A stretch of 64,000 bases of DNA, taken from Pocillopora damicornis (lineage: Eukaryota). Both the position numbers and the translations under genes were made by a program. The stretch spans positions 496,001 to 560,000 of the forward strand of contig NW_020844827.1 in assembly GCF_003704095.1 (NCBI RefSeq), read 5' to 3'. Positions 40,101-52,289 of the stretch are shown one piece after another. Each line of letters starts with the position of its first letter. Position 1 is the stretch's first letter. Under the pieces are notes generated by a model. That model made no database searches, was not told the DNA's origin, and was given only the letters and a program-made list of their open reading frames with translations.

Positions 40101-41663
40101 GCAGAAGCTCTTGTTCCTTCTTCCTGCGAAGATGCTGCAATCTCAGAGGCTCCTGCTAGAGTAGTAGGGGAAGGGCTCCTAGCAACAGAGGCTCTTGTTC
40201 CTTCTTCCTGCGAAGTTGCGACTATCTCAGCGGCTCCTGCTTGAGTGATAGGGGAAGGGCTCCAGGTAACGGAGGCTCCTGCTCCTTCTCCCTCTGAAGT
40301 TGCTGCTATCTCTGAGGCTCCTGCCTGAGTGGTAGAAGAAGGGCTCCTAGTAACAGTGGCTCTTGTTCCTTCTTCCTGCGAAGTTGCTGCTCTCTCAGAG
40401 GTTCTCACTTGTGGGTCAGGTATGCTGCAGTCAATTCTCAAAGCAAGTCGAGCTGAGGATAAATATTGAATAACTTTTCTATAAGATCCCAAGTTAAAGT
40501 ACGCCTAACTTTCGTCATGCAGAATAATATGCCCTAGCATCTCAACTGTTTGCTGTTTACCTGGACCAACTGCAATTTACTCGCCAATCAGCAATTAAAC
40601 CAAATGGTTAGACAACAGGGCTATAGCCTAAGATAAACACAACAACAACCTAATAGCTTCGTGATGCAATGAATGAGTCACTATAACTTCCGATGGGAAG
40701 TTAAATGGCCATTAAAACACTCTCAAAGAGCTGTATTTCGATCGCCCATCTAGCCTTAGACTCTTTCTAAAAATAGGAAAACTGTCGGGAAAAACTTTTC
40801 AAAATATAAGAACTCCTTCTGTGTTTTCCGGTCGGTCCGGGATCGTTTCTTGAACATGGAGCGCAAATTGATTTATTTCTCCTGCAATAATGGAAGAAAT
40901 TCAACTAACCTCCTTGTTCTCGTGAACTTTCAGTTAAGACGCTTAGTTTACGATCCATCCTCTGTTGCAGCTTTCCTAGTTGATCCATCTGGTCTTTCAT
41001 TTCCTGAGTTGTAGTTTCTAGTTTCTCTATTGATTTCTTAACCTCCATATCGTTTTTATACCAAGTCAGCAATTCCTCCACATTCCTTCTATCCTCTTCC
41101 GTGAGGGGATCTGTAAAAAATTTATTGATCGCCTTCTGCCATTCCGTTTTCTTTTCAGGGCTGATGTGTCCCGCAATCCTGACAAGAGCCTCACTTATCT
41201 CATTCCATAAGGATGAAAACTCTGCATCTGACATCTCCATGTTCTGCGAAGCATGACCATAGATAGAGTTCCGGTAGTATTTAATTCTCGCTAAATCTGC
41301 TTCCAAACTGTGATCTTCACTTGCTGGAAGTTCATCCCAGCCTGTCGCAGGTGGGATAAGCGTGAAAAGTGTTCTGAGTAGTCTGAAGAGTAGAGTAACA
41401 TCAAAGTCTTGTGACTTGCCATAAACCCCTGGGGAAGGGTACAGGCAGTCCCACAGTGGTTTGGAGAGCTTTGCTGCTTTAAGCTTATTTTTTGTCGTAG
41501 AATCTTGCAGCAACTTTGGAAGATCATTTGGAGAACAAAACATGTCAAAAATTTCCCTCAGCAGTGTAGTACCTCCAGTTATCAGCAGACGAGTCAAGCG
41601 TTGGAAATTTTCTTTGTCGGCATTCGAACGAAGCAAATCATCAGGGTCGCGGGCGGTGGCCAT
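31144..41663 (-). CDS. PARP14-like: Gene D: HEPN(DZIP3-like)-TRADD-N-like-RRM-RRM-KH-Macro-Macro-WWE-PARP fusion protein, ~2135 aa, 11 coding exons
   Basis: Exons 41663-40910, 40452-39733, 39439-39269, 38875-38642, 37843-37598, 37419-37180, 36589-34890, 34618-34385, 33894-32412, 32153-31821, 31436-31144. All GT-AG with compatible phases; total 6408 nt, open to the stop. Motifs: RNSIYGH (HEPN), GDITKERSDAICN and PAVGSGGLG (macro), VQWYL..EIESAY (WWE), LFHGT / GVYFA / KIFVVF..YPKYLITF (ART). The PARP portion (37843-31144) is high confidence; the join to the upstream exons is predicted from splice phases. Confidence 0.8.
39733..40452 (-). CDS. Exon of gene D: Ser/Thr/Ala-rich repeats plus TRADD-N-like domain
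   Basis: ORF 39716-40492; FVQYLKEVRQVLIVDTKRGSLIIIVECTSLEILDGLWNDYCSGQL resembles the TRADD-like N-terminal domain of invertebrate NLR-type proteins; phase 1-1 exon of 720 nt. Confidence 0.75.
40072..40400 (-). repeat. Coding 84-bp (28-aa) tandem repeat x4
   Basis: SEIAATSQEEGTRASV.RSPSPTTQAGA-like units; 84-nt period (e.g. 40232 vs 40316). Confidence 0.9.
40910..41663 (-). CDS. First coding exon of gene D: DZIP3/hRUL138-like HEPN domain plus coiled coil
   Basis: NFQRLTRLLI..G..LLRE.FD, FDVTLLFRLLR, PATGWD.LP, DLARIKYYRNSIYGH; aaaATGG start context; acceptor before 41702; phase-1 donor GGAG|GTTAGT. Confidence 0.9.
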
Positions 41664-44659
41664 TTTATTTATCCACAGGCAGCTGACTAAAATTACATGT
41701 CCCTGAAAGTAACAAACGGATCAGAAAACGGTTTTAATTGTGGTTCAAAGTACACCAAGGTCGCGCTCAGTCTTTCATACAAGACTTGTCAAAGTCAATT
41801 AACCTCTTGTGCTAGATACAGAAAATACCGATGACAGTTATGTGCATCAAGAAACTTGATACAAACATATTGGGAAATAAGCCCCATATTTCCTTTGGCA
41901 TACATATGGTATTTGACTACACGAAACAAATTTGTAGAGGCGAGCGACTGAAACGTAGACTTAACTTACGTAGAGATGATTGAAGATGCAAGAGACCTCG
42001 TGAAAGTATGAAAGTATGAAAACTGAATGAATGAATCAATGAACGAATGAATGAATGAAATAATAATTGATTGAATGAACAAACCAACGAATGAATAAAT
42101 GAATGGATAGATGAAAGAAATAAATTGACACCACTTGCTTGGAACTAAACTTAAATCTCTGAACTGAACCGGCGACAGATAAAAAATTTACTCATTGATG
42201 TGAATTTGCCGTGAACTCTGCACGCCATTGAGCTCACTTTGACATGAATAAAAAGCAGTCTAGTTTAAGACCTCCAATGTCATGTGTTCTACTTGTTTAC
42301 GCTGTGTATTTTTCTCTATTGATTTTTTCGAATCATTTTTTCAAAAAAACAACGTTTGTGTCTACGTCATGGATCGTTGTTAATGTCTTGCGTGAAGCGT
42401 GACAGGATTTGCGCCCGAAGCTATGTGAATCGTCCAATGAGGAGGCCAGGGTTGCTCTCGGCTCCGAAAAAAATTTGCATATTTCACGTGGTCTAATGCA
42501 ACATGTTTCGAACAACAGTAGTGCGGATAGAATGCATCCTTTAAATCAGTCACTGATTTTTGCTCCTTTTTTATTGAATCTTCTCTTAAACGCCGCCTCC
42601 GTAAATGTGTTCAGAAATGTAGTTCAATTAAAATTCGCCGCAATCTCACGGAACACCAGAACTGTCTTACAGTACTTTTTTCTCGTGATTATATATAGTA
42701 TTTATTTCATTTTACTCTGTCCCTCTATCTTTATATTCAATGCTATTTTCATGATAAGGGTGCAAAGCTCATTACATCCGGTTCAAACCATTACATTCGG
42801 TTCTGACACCATTATATTCTGCACTTTTTCCACTTTTCCACTCTATACTATATTGCACCCAGTATTTGTTCTAATAGAAGACTTTGCTTTGTGAATTTCA
42901 AATGACAAATAAGGTGACAAACCGGTTGGCGATGACATGAAAACCATACAAAGGCGTAAATACTACATCACGAAACTCTACAATCAAAGTAAAGTGTACG
43001 ATTGTCAACGAACGAATTACAGCTGCGCTAGCTAGTTTACCCCAAGACTAGTGGATATCATATCCTCGCCAAGATCAGCCTTTTGCAATTTCATTCCGTA
43101 GGCTAGAACTAGCATAATATAATTTCATAATTTACTTTTGAAAACATGTTTAGGGGGTATTACAAACATTTCTCACACAGAAATTTCCAATTGATAAGAA
43201 CCGGTTGAGATATTTTATTCAAATGGATCATTTTATTTTCAATCTAGAGGTCCTTATAGCCTGATCATGAAAAATAAACTTCCTTGAAGTACTATTTAGC
43301 TCAGGGTCAGTTATAAACTTCAGATCTATTTCAAAACAAGATGCAACAAACTCGACTAACAAGGAGGATGTTTTTAAAATAGTACAAAGCCTCGAACTCC
43401 GATATATATCGAAAAAGTTCCCCTAAATAAGACCAAAATCAGATTTTATAAATAACTGAATTTTCGAAGGAAAAATAAAATTTGTGCTGTCTGATTTAGA
43501 AACGATAATTATTAGGAAACTATTGGAAAATTTACCTGAAATAACACTGTGTATCTATTGAATTATCGAGACTAACAACGGCGACTTTGATATGCTTACC
43601 TCGATGTGGTGCCAATTTTTCCTACATGTTACGGCTTTTAAATTCAAAACAACCAAAAATGCGGAATATCGTTTAGTCTAGAACACCAATCGATCCAAAA
43701 GAAGCAATTTTCAAGTGTTCACCGTGTGTCAAAAGCATGGCTTCGTCCGTCTCGAGACTTCCGCCTTTCTTCTTAGAATCAGGGATCAAAGCGAGGCTTC
43801 CTTTCACTATGTCACGTAATGTCTTAAAGCATACTGAGCGTGACAGGAATCGTTATCTAAGTCACAACTATCTTAGTGTGAGGCATATGGTAAATAGATT
43901 GCCCAGAATTTAAGTTTTTGTAAGGAGCATAAAATTAAAACCGTCCTCAACTGAAGGTGGCCGTAGCTGTGATCTAAATTTCATTAGGGATTCTTCGTCA
44001 GCCTGCTCTAATAATCGGCGGGAAGACCCCCTTTCACTCGTTCGATGTAAAAAGCGCTATTTGTGGTCAAAAAGGGAAAACAAATGCCTCAGTTTTTCGC
44101 TATTCCTTTATTTTAATACCAGTTGCAGTTACACAATGCTTTTGACTACCCTCTTAGCGCGAACCAGTTTTTTAATATCTCAAATAGATTCCCTACCTGG
44201 TGAATCTTCTACACCATAAAAGTAAGTGAAAGTCTTCATTAAAGAATGAGACAACGTGCGCGTTACTAAAAATTAACAGCCAGTCACATAGTTACTAGAA
44301 TACCAAACAAACGAGATGGGGAAAAAGGAGTACATTAAAAAATAACCCTAAAGACTTTTATATATATACAAAACCTCGTTTAAAACGTTAAATTTTAATT
44401 CTTGGAAGTATGAAGTCATGGCCCCTATGAGAGCCATTTTAGAAAATGTTTCATCTGTGTATCAGAAATTATAACCTAACCTGAGTAAGGGGTCAATTTT
44501 ATCGAGTCTGCCTTGAAAGGCAGAATGTTCCTCACATTTCTTCTATATGTTCAATGTTGTCGAACTGAAACGAGGACATTTCTTTTTTAACTCAGTATTA
44601 AAGTAAAGATCTTGGTTTTTAAGTGCCAATGACACGAATTTTTTTTTTTGGCGTCTTGC

Positions 44660-44950
44660 AGAAACATCACGCGAAGCGTAACAAATTGGGTATGCAGCGC
44701 CTCTGGCAAAGTAGACACCACGTCCATAGACCACGCCTGAAGAAAACAAAGATGCATTCTAAACCATGAAACCATAGCTATTTGACTATTTAAACCATAG
44801 TTAGAACAATCCAAGTATCCGAGACGTAAGTGGATGGAATGTTAAGCCGAAAACTATCAATCTAACAAAAGACGGCTTCAGCAACAGACCCACCATGAAC
44901 TCCAGGGAAGCACCTGTTGAATCGTTGTGTATTGATATGGATGCTGTTAC
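44660..44950 (-). pseudogene. Remnant PARP exon-6 end and exon-7 start
   Basis: HINTQRFNRCFPGVHG|gtgggt (ends 44894); acceptor at 44736 followed by GVVYGRGVYFARGAAYP, then truncated. Confidence 0.75.
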
Positions 44951-45255
44951 CACTAGCCTCTTGGTGGTACCTGGACTGTAGTGATAAGACTCGTTAAGCT
45001 GGATTTTACTTTGTTTGGCATCATTACAATAACTTTCTAACCACTGGGACATGATCATTCAATTTAGAGGATGAAGAATGAGCTTTGAGTAAAGACGGTA
45101 AAGAATGCTATCGAGGAACTATTACCAACATTTATATGATGTTCCCTACACTGTGAAGGAGAACAATTTCGTGCAGTTTATATATCTAATAAACTAAGTT
45201 GAACTATAAAGCATTTCAACTCTGCCGTTTTCTGAGGAAAAGGTCCTTGTGGTCT

Positions 45256-48200
45256 TCAAAAGGTTATAAGGTATTCAGGGTAACACTGATTATCAAAGAA
45301 AACAACAAAGATGCTGGGGTTTGATTGGTTATCAACCACGGAATCGTAAAGAATTTCAGGTTTCGATGGATTTTTTGGTGGAGGCACAATCATTGAAGGA
45401 TCTCCAACACAATACTGCCCCACGAGGACCTTGGCAAAGTACATTTGGCGCCCTCCACCACCCCCAGCGCATGCAACAGAGTATTGAGCGTCTCTAGCGA
45501 AATAAACACCACGTCCATAGGCCGTGCCTGAAAAAAAAGCTCAATTTAGAAAAAAAGGATCGACAAAATCATACATGCGGTGAAGTTATTTGTTATGAAA
45601 GAGGCAGTTGTACTCTCCTTATATTATTACAGCTTTTATTACCATATTTGACTCTAAAGAGTGACTTGGTGGGACAGGTAGACAAATAAAAGTTTAGCCA
45701 AAAAAACGCTTTAACCTTTTAAACTCTACAATAACAAGCCTAAATCACACATTAAGGTCATGAGAATAAAGGAAATGGTCACCTGTGAAGGAACCTTTTG
45801 ATTAGCAAACAAATTCTTTGTTTCAGCACCTTAGGAAATGTTTCAAGAACGGAGTGGAGAATGTGCATACTGATGTTAGGGTATAAAGGGTTAACTACTT
45901 AGGACCAATCGCTCGAAAATGCTGCTTCAATGCTCCTTTTTCTCACACGAAGCTTTCGAAATTAATGATCCTAGCAGTATGTGGAAGGCGTGCCACATAT
46001 TAACCACTTGAAAACTCTGCTCATCATAGAGTCTGTAGCTCGATGGTAGAGCGTTGGAGCGAGGAAATCTGAAAGCCTGACGTTCGATTTCTCATAAGTA
46101 CTTGAAATTTTTCCTTAATCCCACTCGGTGACGAGATGATGAAACGTTTCCTCTATTTAAAATTTCAGTGACTTACCACGACTCCCACAGAAGTTTCTGT
46201 CGAATCCATGTGTGTTGATATGGTTGATATTTTTAGCATCCGTCCCATGAAACAGCTGTCTTTCACTATTTCCTCCCGCATCTTTATCCATTTTCTGTTT
46301 TCGTACCATGTAAGACTGATATAGATGAGGATTCTGTACGCGTTCAATCCTCTGAATATTTAACGCTCCGGCTGTGGCTTGAAACTTACGTACCACATCT
46401 TGATACTCAGGGGAGCTTGGGTGCAATGGTACTTTATGTACAGTGGAGTCATGGCTGGGCATTGGTGTCCAGTGCTTTGGCAGAGCAATTCCTACAGAAA
46501 GGACCAAAACATTAGAATGTTGAAATGAAAACCCATCTACTGAGGTTAAATTTCAAGATCCAAGTATATTTTTCAGGTAAGACACATACAAGATCAACAG
46601 GAAAGCTTGGGAGAGACATTTTAGGACAGCTTTTCTGAATATGCCGTATCTGTATCACAAATTTATTACCTTAAACGTTCTCTGAGACATGAAATAGCTC
46701 TCAGTCTTTTCTTAAACTTTATCGAAACATCCTCTTCAAAAGAGATGTCTAGCAACTTACCTTCATCAGCACCCTTCACCTTTCTTTTCAGTGTTATTTG
46801 TTCACCAGACGTTTGTCCACGTCCAGAGTTTCTCTTCAAGTCGATGACAAACTTGTCTCCTCGTAGAGAAACTTGCACTGTGTGCTCGTCTTTGCTGTGG
46901 GCCAACTCAATCCTGGCATTTGCTTTCGGAGCGAACGCCATTTGTATGCCTTGTATTTCATAGCTCCACTCTATGTTCTTTGAAACCAACTTCGCTTGTT
47001 CTTCCTCCTGCTTCTTCTTCGTCCTCTCATTGATCTCTTTCCAGATCTCCCCGACTATTCCAGAAACTTCGGTTGGTCCACCACGAACGACAATGCGATC
47101 AACGTCATCCTCAATTTCAAGTTTGACGTCACGGTCTTTAGCTTTTTTTCTCAAGATATCCTTCTGCTTATCGAAAAGCTGACTGACGACGTCAGTTTCG
47201 ACTTTTTCCATTGTACAAGCGTCAGAGAAACCTTTCTTCAAGGATTCCACGGCTTTTCCCACGCTCGCCTTGTCTTTGCCAATCACAAAAATTCTTACAG
47301 AATGTTCATCACTTTGGCCTGGTGCCTGCCTACGTCCGCGTCTTCGGGTTTGCCTGGCTACTGCATTCTCTGAGTCACTGTCTTCTTCAATACCTTGCAC
47401 CAGTTGTTTCTTCTGCTCTTGTAGAAACTCCTGCATCATGGAGGCCTGGAACACAAGCACTCTTACTTTTTGAATATTTTTACAGCGGGCACTGAATGCA
47501 TTTAGTGCTTTGAATGTCAGCTGTGCTGAGTCCGCTCCGGTCAAGCCGTATCCTCCTGCGCCAACACACGGAATTGAGATAGCTTGAAAGTTATTGGCGT
47601 CCGCAACGCGAAGACCCTCCTCCAAACATTGCTGGAGATGTTGCTTATCTGAGGAGCCTGGAATTATGTGAATAATATGAGGTACTTGTAAATTACCTCC
47701 GCTTGTCATTATCGCTGTTCCAGGAGGCTGCTTTCCCAATTGGTTGCATTCTTGTTGCACAAGTGGACCACTCTGTCTTGCTATGGCTTTGCTTAGGTCT
47801 CCGGCATTATTCATGTTCATGTCCGTGCTGTTGATATTCATGATAGCGTCAGTGCTGTTCTCTTGCGTCAAATCACCATTTATCACCTCGATACTGAACG
47901 GGCTAGTTAAGGTTATGCGCTGAGCCACACCTACTTGTGGAGAAAACGAGTGCCTCTGATGTTCTTGCTGAAATGCCGACAACATTGGAGACTCGAAGAT
48001 TACGATCCTGACCTTGCGGACACTACGGAAGCTTCCACTAAAGTTTGTCAGGGCCTTAAATATCAGACTGGCCGAGTCCACTGCAGAAACATGGAATGCA
48101 CCGGTACCAACTGCGGGAATCGAAATGGATCCAAGACTATGCGTCTCTGCCAGCCGGAGACATCTTTCAACACACTGCTGGAGGTGGTCTTTATTATTGG

Positions 48201-48783
48201 TGTCTGGAATTAAGTGAATAATTTTCTGCGTAGGGAGATTTCCACTGCTGGTGATCAATGCGGTTCCACCTGATTGCTGTCCGAACTGCTTCAACTCAGT
48301 CTCAACCTGTGGCCCGGCTAGCTGTTTCACTGTCTCGCTCAACTTTCCAGCACTGTCCATATTCAAGTCCTTACTTGTTATATTCACTATGGCATCCGTA
48401 GTTTCCCGGCACAAGTCGCCCTGCAAGACTTCAATGCTTACACCCAATGTCCCCACTGTTTTCTTCCATCCAAAGAAGGAACGTATTCCTCTAGTAAAAG
48501 TCGTGAAGGCAGGGAGGCTAGTTTGCTTGGGCTGTAGTTTGTCCATCTCTTGTTTGAAGGCAGCAGTTAATGCTTGATCTTGGTTAAACACGACAAATCG
48601 GATGTCCCGTAAATTAGAACCAGGGTTGGTTTTGCAGAAATTGACTGTTTCATCCAACATGATTCTCGAGGCTGCATCGCGTGGGAAGTGTAGGTTTCCA
48701 GTCCCAATGACAGGAAATGCAATGGAGTTCGCTCCAAGCGTTTCGCCTGTTTGCAGACACTTTTGAACGATTGCCCTTAGCGT
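45256..48783 (-). CDS. PARP14-like: Gene C 3' half: macro-1 C-terminus, Macro, Macro, KH-like, WWE, PARP catalytic domain
   Basis: Exons 48783-46761, 46491-46177, 45527-45256 (stop); LFHGT, GVYFA, PSIFVVFFDNQCYPEYLITF (H-Y-I mono-ART type). Confidence 0.92.
45711..45894. mobile_element. TTAA MITE in the last intron of gene C
   Basis: ttaacctttt...aaagggttaa; the empty site at ~5372 has one TTAA; related copies at 51680-51773 and 62574-62731. Confidence 0.7.
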
Positions 48784-50306
48784 CTACAAAAGACGAAATA
48801 GAAGTTGTTGACAATCATTTCATTCCTATGAGATCTCAATAGCAATTCTCCACACTGTCTCCTGTTCATTTTTTTTTAGTTTGGCACTTAAAATTTGGCG
48901 TTAAGTCATGTAATATCCCCTTATTGATATATTTTCCTTCTTCCCGTCACCTTTCCGGTTGATAATGGATTGATAAAGGGAGGAGAAAAAAACTGACTGG
49001 TCCTTAAAGTAAAAAGGTCAAAAAACTGAATCCCTTTCAAGCCATTTTTAGACTTCCTGAAATCTGTTTTCAANNNNNNNNNNNNNNNNNNNNNNNNNNN
49101 NNNNNNNNNNNNNNNNNNNNNNNNNNNNNNNNNNNNNNNNNNNNNNNNNNNNNNNNNNNNNNNNNNNNNNNNNGGACAGCCTCAAAGCCGAGAAGGAATA
49201 AGATGGGAGGTGTGAATGGGAAATCAAAAGATTCCCTTCCTTTCCAAGCTAGTATTACAGTGTCAATTGCGGACAATGAGCCCTTCAGTTTTGGCGCGAA
49301 AATATTCGTGACAAGTGATGCCACTTGCTTGTCACGCAACATTCATGGTCGCACGGTCTCTCTACAAAAGCAAGGATTACTCTACTCAGAAGACTTACAC
49401 TGCGATTATAGAAATTTTGATAGGAAGTTTCTTGTCTGAGTGTTCTTATCTGCTAGTAGGACTTCCTCTCCCTCACTCGTTCATACCGAAAAACGTAAGA
49501 TATTGCCACAGAACCACCAGTTGAAGACGAAAAAAAACTAACACGTTAATTTTTCTTTCTATATTTTATTTCAGTAAATAAACCTATTCGTGAAACCCGT
49601 GGGTAATACTATGCCACACTTTCTGACCGAGCTTTTGGCTGCCAACTAATAATAAATGCTTCTCTAAGTTTCTTTTCAGTAAACCTTTTACATCATAAAT
49701 CAAATGTCATCTTAGCGACGTCACTGTCATTTCTCAAAAAGGTACGTATATTTTTCGAAATTCTCTACTTTCGCCAGTTTTATTTTTGGTAGAAAATTGA
49801 TGTAACAAAACATTTTTTTTTCAGTCTGGCCATAAAAAGGAAAATACCGTTTTGAAAACAGCAGAACTCTTTTCTTTTCCAAGCGAGAAAACGGGGCAAG
49901 CGCGAGGTGAACGCGTGGGGCGCAGAAGACGACTACGTCGTGGTCCCCGCGCACGTCTCGCATTTCCCTACACTCGCGCGAGAAACGTAAAAAATGACAA
50001 CTGTAGCCTGTAGGCTAGTGGTAACTCCACTGTAGTGATAAAAAGCGTTCAGCTGGATTTTACTTTGTTTGGCATAACAAGGACCCTCTAGCTCCAAGGA
50101 TATAATCATTCAACTTATAGGATAAAGAATAAGCTTTGAGTTAAGACAGTAAAGAATGCTATCGAGAAACTATAACCAACATTTAGATGATGTTCCCTAC
50201 ACTGTGAAGCAGAACGATTTTCTGCAATTCATATAGGTGATAAACTAAGTTGAACTATAAAGCATTTCAACTCTGCTGTTTTCTAAGTAAAAGGTCCATG
50301 TGGTCT

Positions 50307-50329
50307 TCAAAAGGTTATAAGGTATTCAG
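50307..50329 (-). CDS. Last codons (EYLITF*) of a PARP exon, probably belonging to gene A2
   Basis: Contig 49174-50329 begins with 53 nt identical to 4909-4961. Confidence 0.65.
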
Positions 50330-51120
50330 NNNNNNNNNNNNNNNNNNNNNNNNNNNNNNNNNNNNNNNNNNNNNNNNNNNNNNNNNNNNNNNNNNNNNNN
50401 NNNNNNNNNNNNNNNNNNNNNNNNNNNNNATCAAAAGTCATCATAGCGACTTCACTGTCATTTCTCATTAAGCGCAGCGAAAAGGTACGCATGTTTTTCG
50501 AAATTCACAACTTTCGGAAGTTTTATTTTGGGTAGAAAATTGATGCAACAAAATATTGTTTGTTAATCTAGCGGTAAAAAAGAAAATACCGTTATGAAAA
50601 CTTAACTGGAGAACAGTAAAACTCTTTCTAGTGAATCTCCAGTGAATCTTTCCAGTGAATCTTTTACACCATAAATCAACTGTAATCATAGCGACTTCAC
50701 TGTCATTTCTCATTAAGCGCAGCAAAAAGGTACGCATGTTTTTCGAAGTTCTCTACTTTCGCCAGTTTTCTTGGGTAGAAAATTGATGCAAAAAAATATA
50801 TTATTTGTCAATCTGGCGATAAAAAAGAAAATACCGTTATGAAAACTTAACTGTAGAACAGCAGAACTCTTTGCTTTTCCAAGCGGGAAAACGGGACAAC
50901 GATTCAATTTATAGGATGAAGAATAAGCCTTTAATTAGGACAGCAAAGAATGCTATCGAGAAACTATTACCAACATTTATATGATGTTCCCTACTGCGAA
51001 GGATAACGATTTTCTGCAATTTATATACTATTAGCTGATAAACTAAGTTAAACTATGAAGCATTTCAAGCCTTTTTGGCCTTTGACTCTGTTGTTTTCTG
51101 AGTAAAGGTCCATGTGGTCT

Positions 51121-51398
51121 TCAAAAGGTTATAAGGTATTCAGGATAACACTGATTATCAAAGAAAACAACAAATTTGCTGGGGCTTGATTGGTCATCTA
51201 CCACAGAATCGTAAAGAATTTCAGGTTTCGATGGATTTTTCGGTGGAGGCACAACCATTGAAGAATCTCCAACACAATACTGCCCCACGAGGACCTTGGC
51301 AAGGTACATGTGGCGACTTCCATAACTACCATCCCCAGCGAATCCAACAGAGTATTGAGCGTCTCTAGCGAAATAAACGCCGCGTCCAAAGACCGTGC
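51121..51398 (-). CDS. Orphan terminal PARP catalytic exon on a small contig
   Basis: Acceptor ttttttcag|GC ACG; GTVFGRGVYFARDAQYS...PSKFVVFFDNQCYPEYLITF*. Confidence 0.85.
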
Positions 51399-52017
51399 CT
51401 GAAAAAAGGAATACTTAATTAAGAGAAAAAGTACCAAAAAATCATACATTCGGTGAAGTTAATTGTTATGAAAGAGGCAATTGGATTCTCCTCATATTAT
51501 TACAGCTTTTATTACCATGTTTGGTTCCAAATAGTGATTCGGCCAGAGCTCGTGCAACGTCTGAGTGACTTGGTAGGACNNNNNNNNNNNNNNNNNNNNN
51601 NNNNNNNNNNNNNNNNNNNNNNNNNNNNNNNNNNNNNNNNNNNNNNNNNNNNNNNNNNNNNNNNNNNNNNNNNNNNNNNATTTCCTTTATTCTCATGACC
51701 TTAATGTGTGATTTAAGATTGTTATTGCAGGGAGTAGTTAGATGCCAGTCACTCTAAGGGCTTAAAGGGTTAAAGCAATTTTTTGGCTAAACTAATGGTG
51801 TTTTGGCCACAATTCTTTTCATTTATTTGTCTGTCTGTCCTACCAAGTCACTCAGACNNNNNNNNNNCTCTGGCCGAATCACTATTTGGAGCCAAATATG
51901 GTAATAAAAGCTGTAATAGTATGAGGAGAATCCAATTGCCTCTTTCATAACAATTAACTTCACTGAATGGATGATTTTTTGGTACTTTTTCTCTTAATTA
52001 AGCATTCCTTTTTTCAG

Positions 52018-52289
52018 GCACGGTCTATGGACGCGGTGTTTATTTCGCTAGAGACGCTCAATACTCTGTTGTATTCGCTGGGGGTGGTGGTTATAAAAGT
52101 CGCCCCATGTACCTTGCCAAGGTCCTCGTGGGGCAGTATTGCGTTGGAGATTTTTCAATGATTGTGCCTCCACCGAAAAATCCATCGAAACCTGAAATTC
52201 TTTACGATTCTGTGGNNNNNNNNNNNNNNNNNNNNNNNNNNNTTTTCTTTGATAATCAGTGTTACCCTGAATACCTTATAACCTTTTGA
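52018..52289 (+). CDS. Orphan terminal PARP catalytic exon (allele or paralog of 51121-51398)
   Basis: GTVYGRGVYFARDAQYSVVFAGGGGYKSRPMY...YPEYLITF*, small internal gap. Confidence 0.85.

Noticed and set aside
40905-41663. Stand-alone HEPN toxin gene or prokaryotic HEPN/MNT system
   Set aside because: Consensus splice donor before the ORF stop, compatible downstream exons and no antitoxin gene nearby
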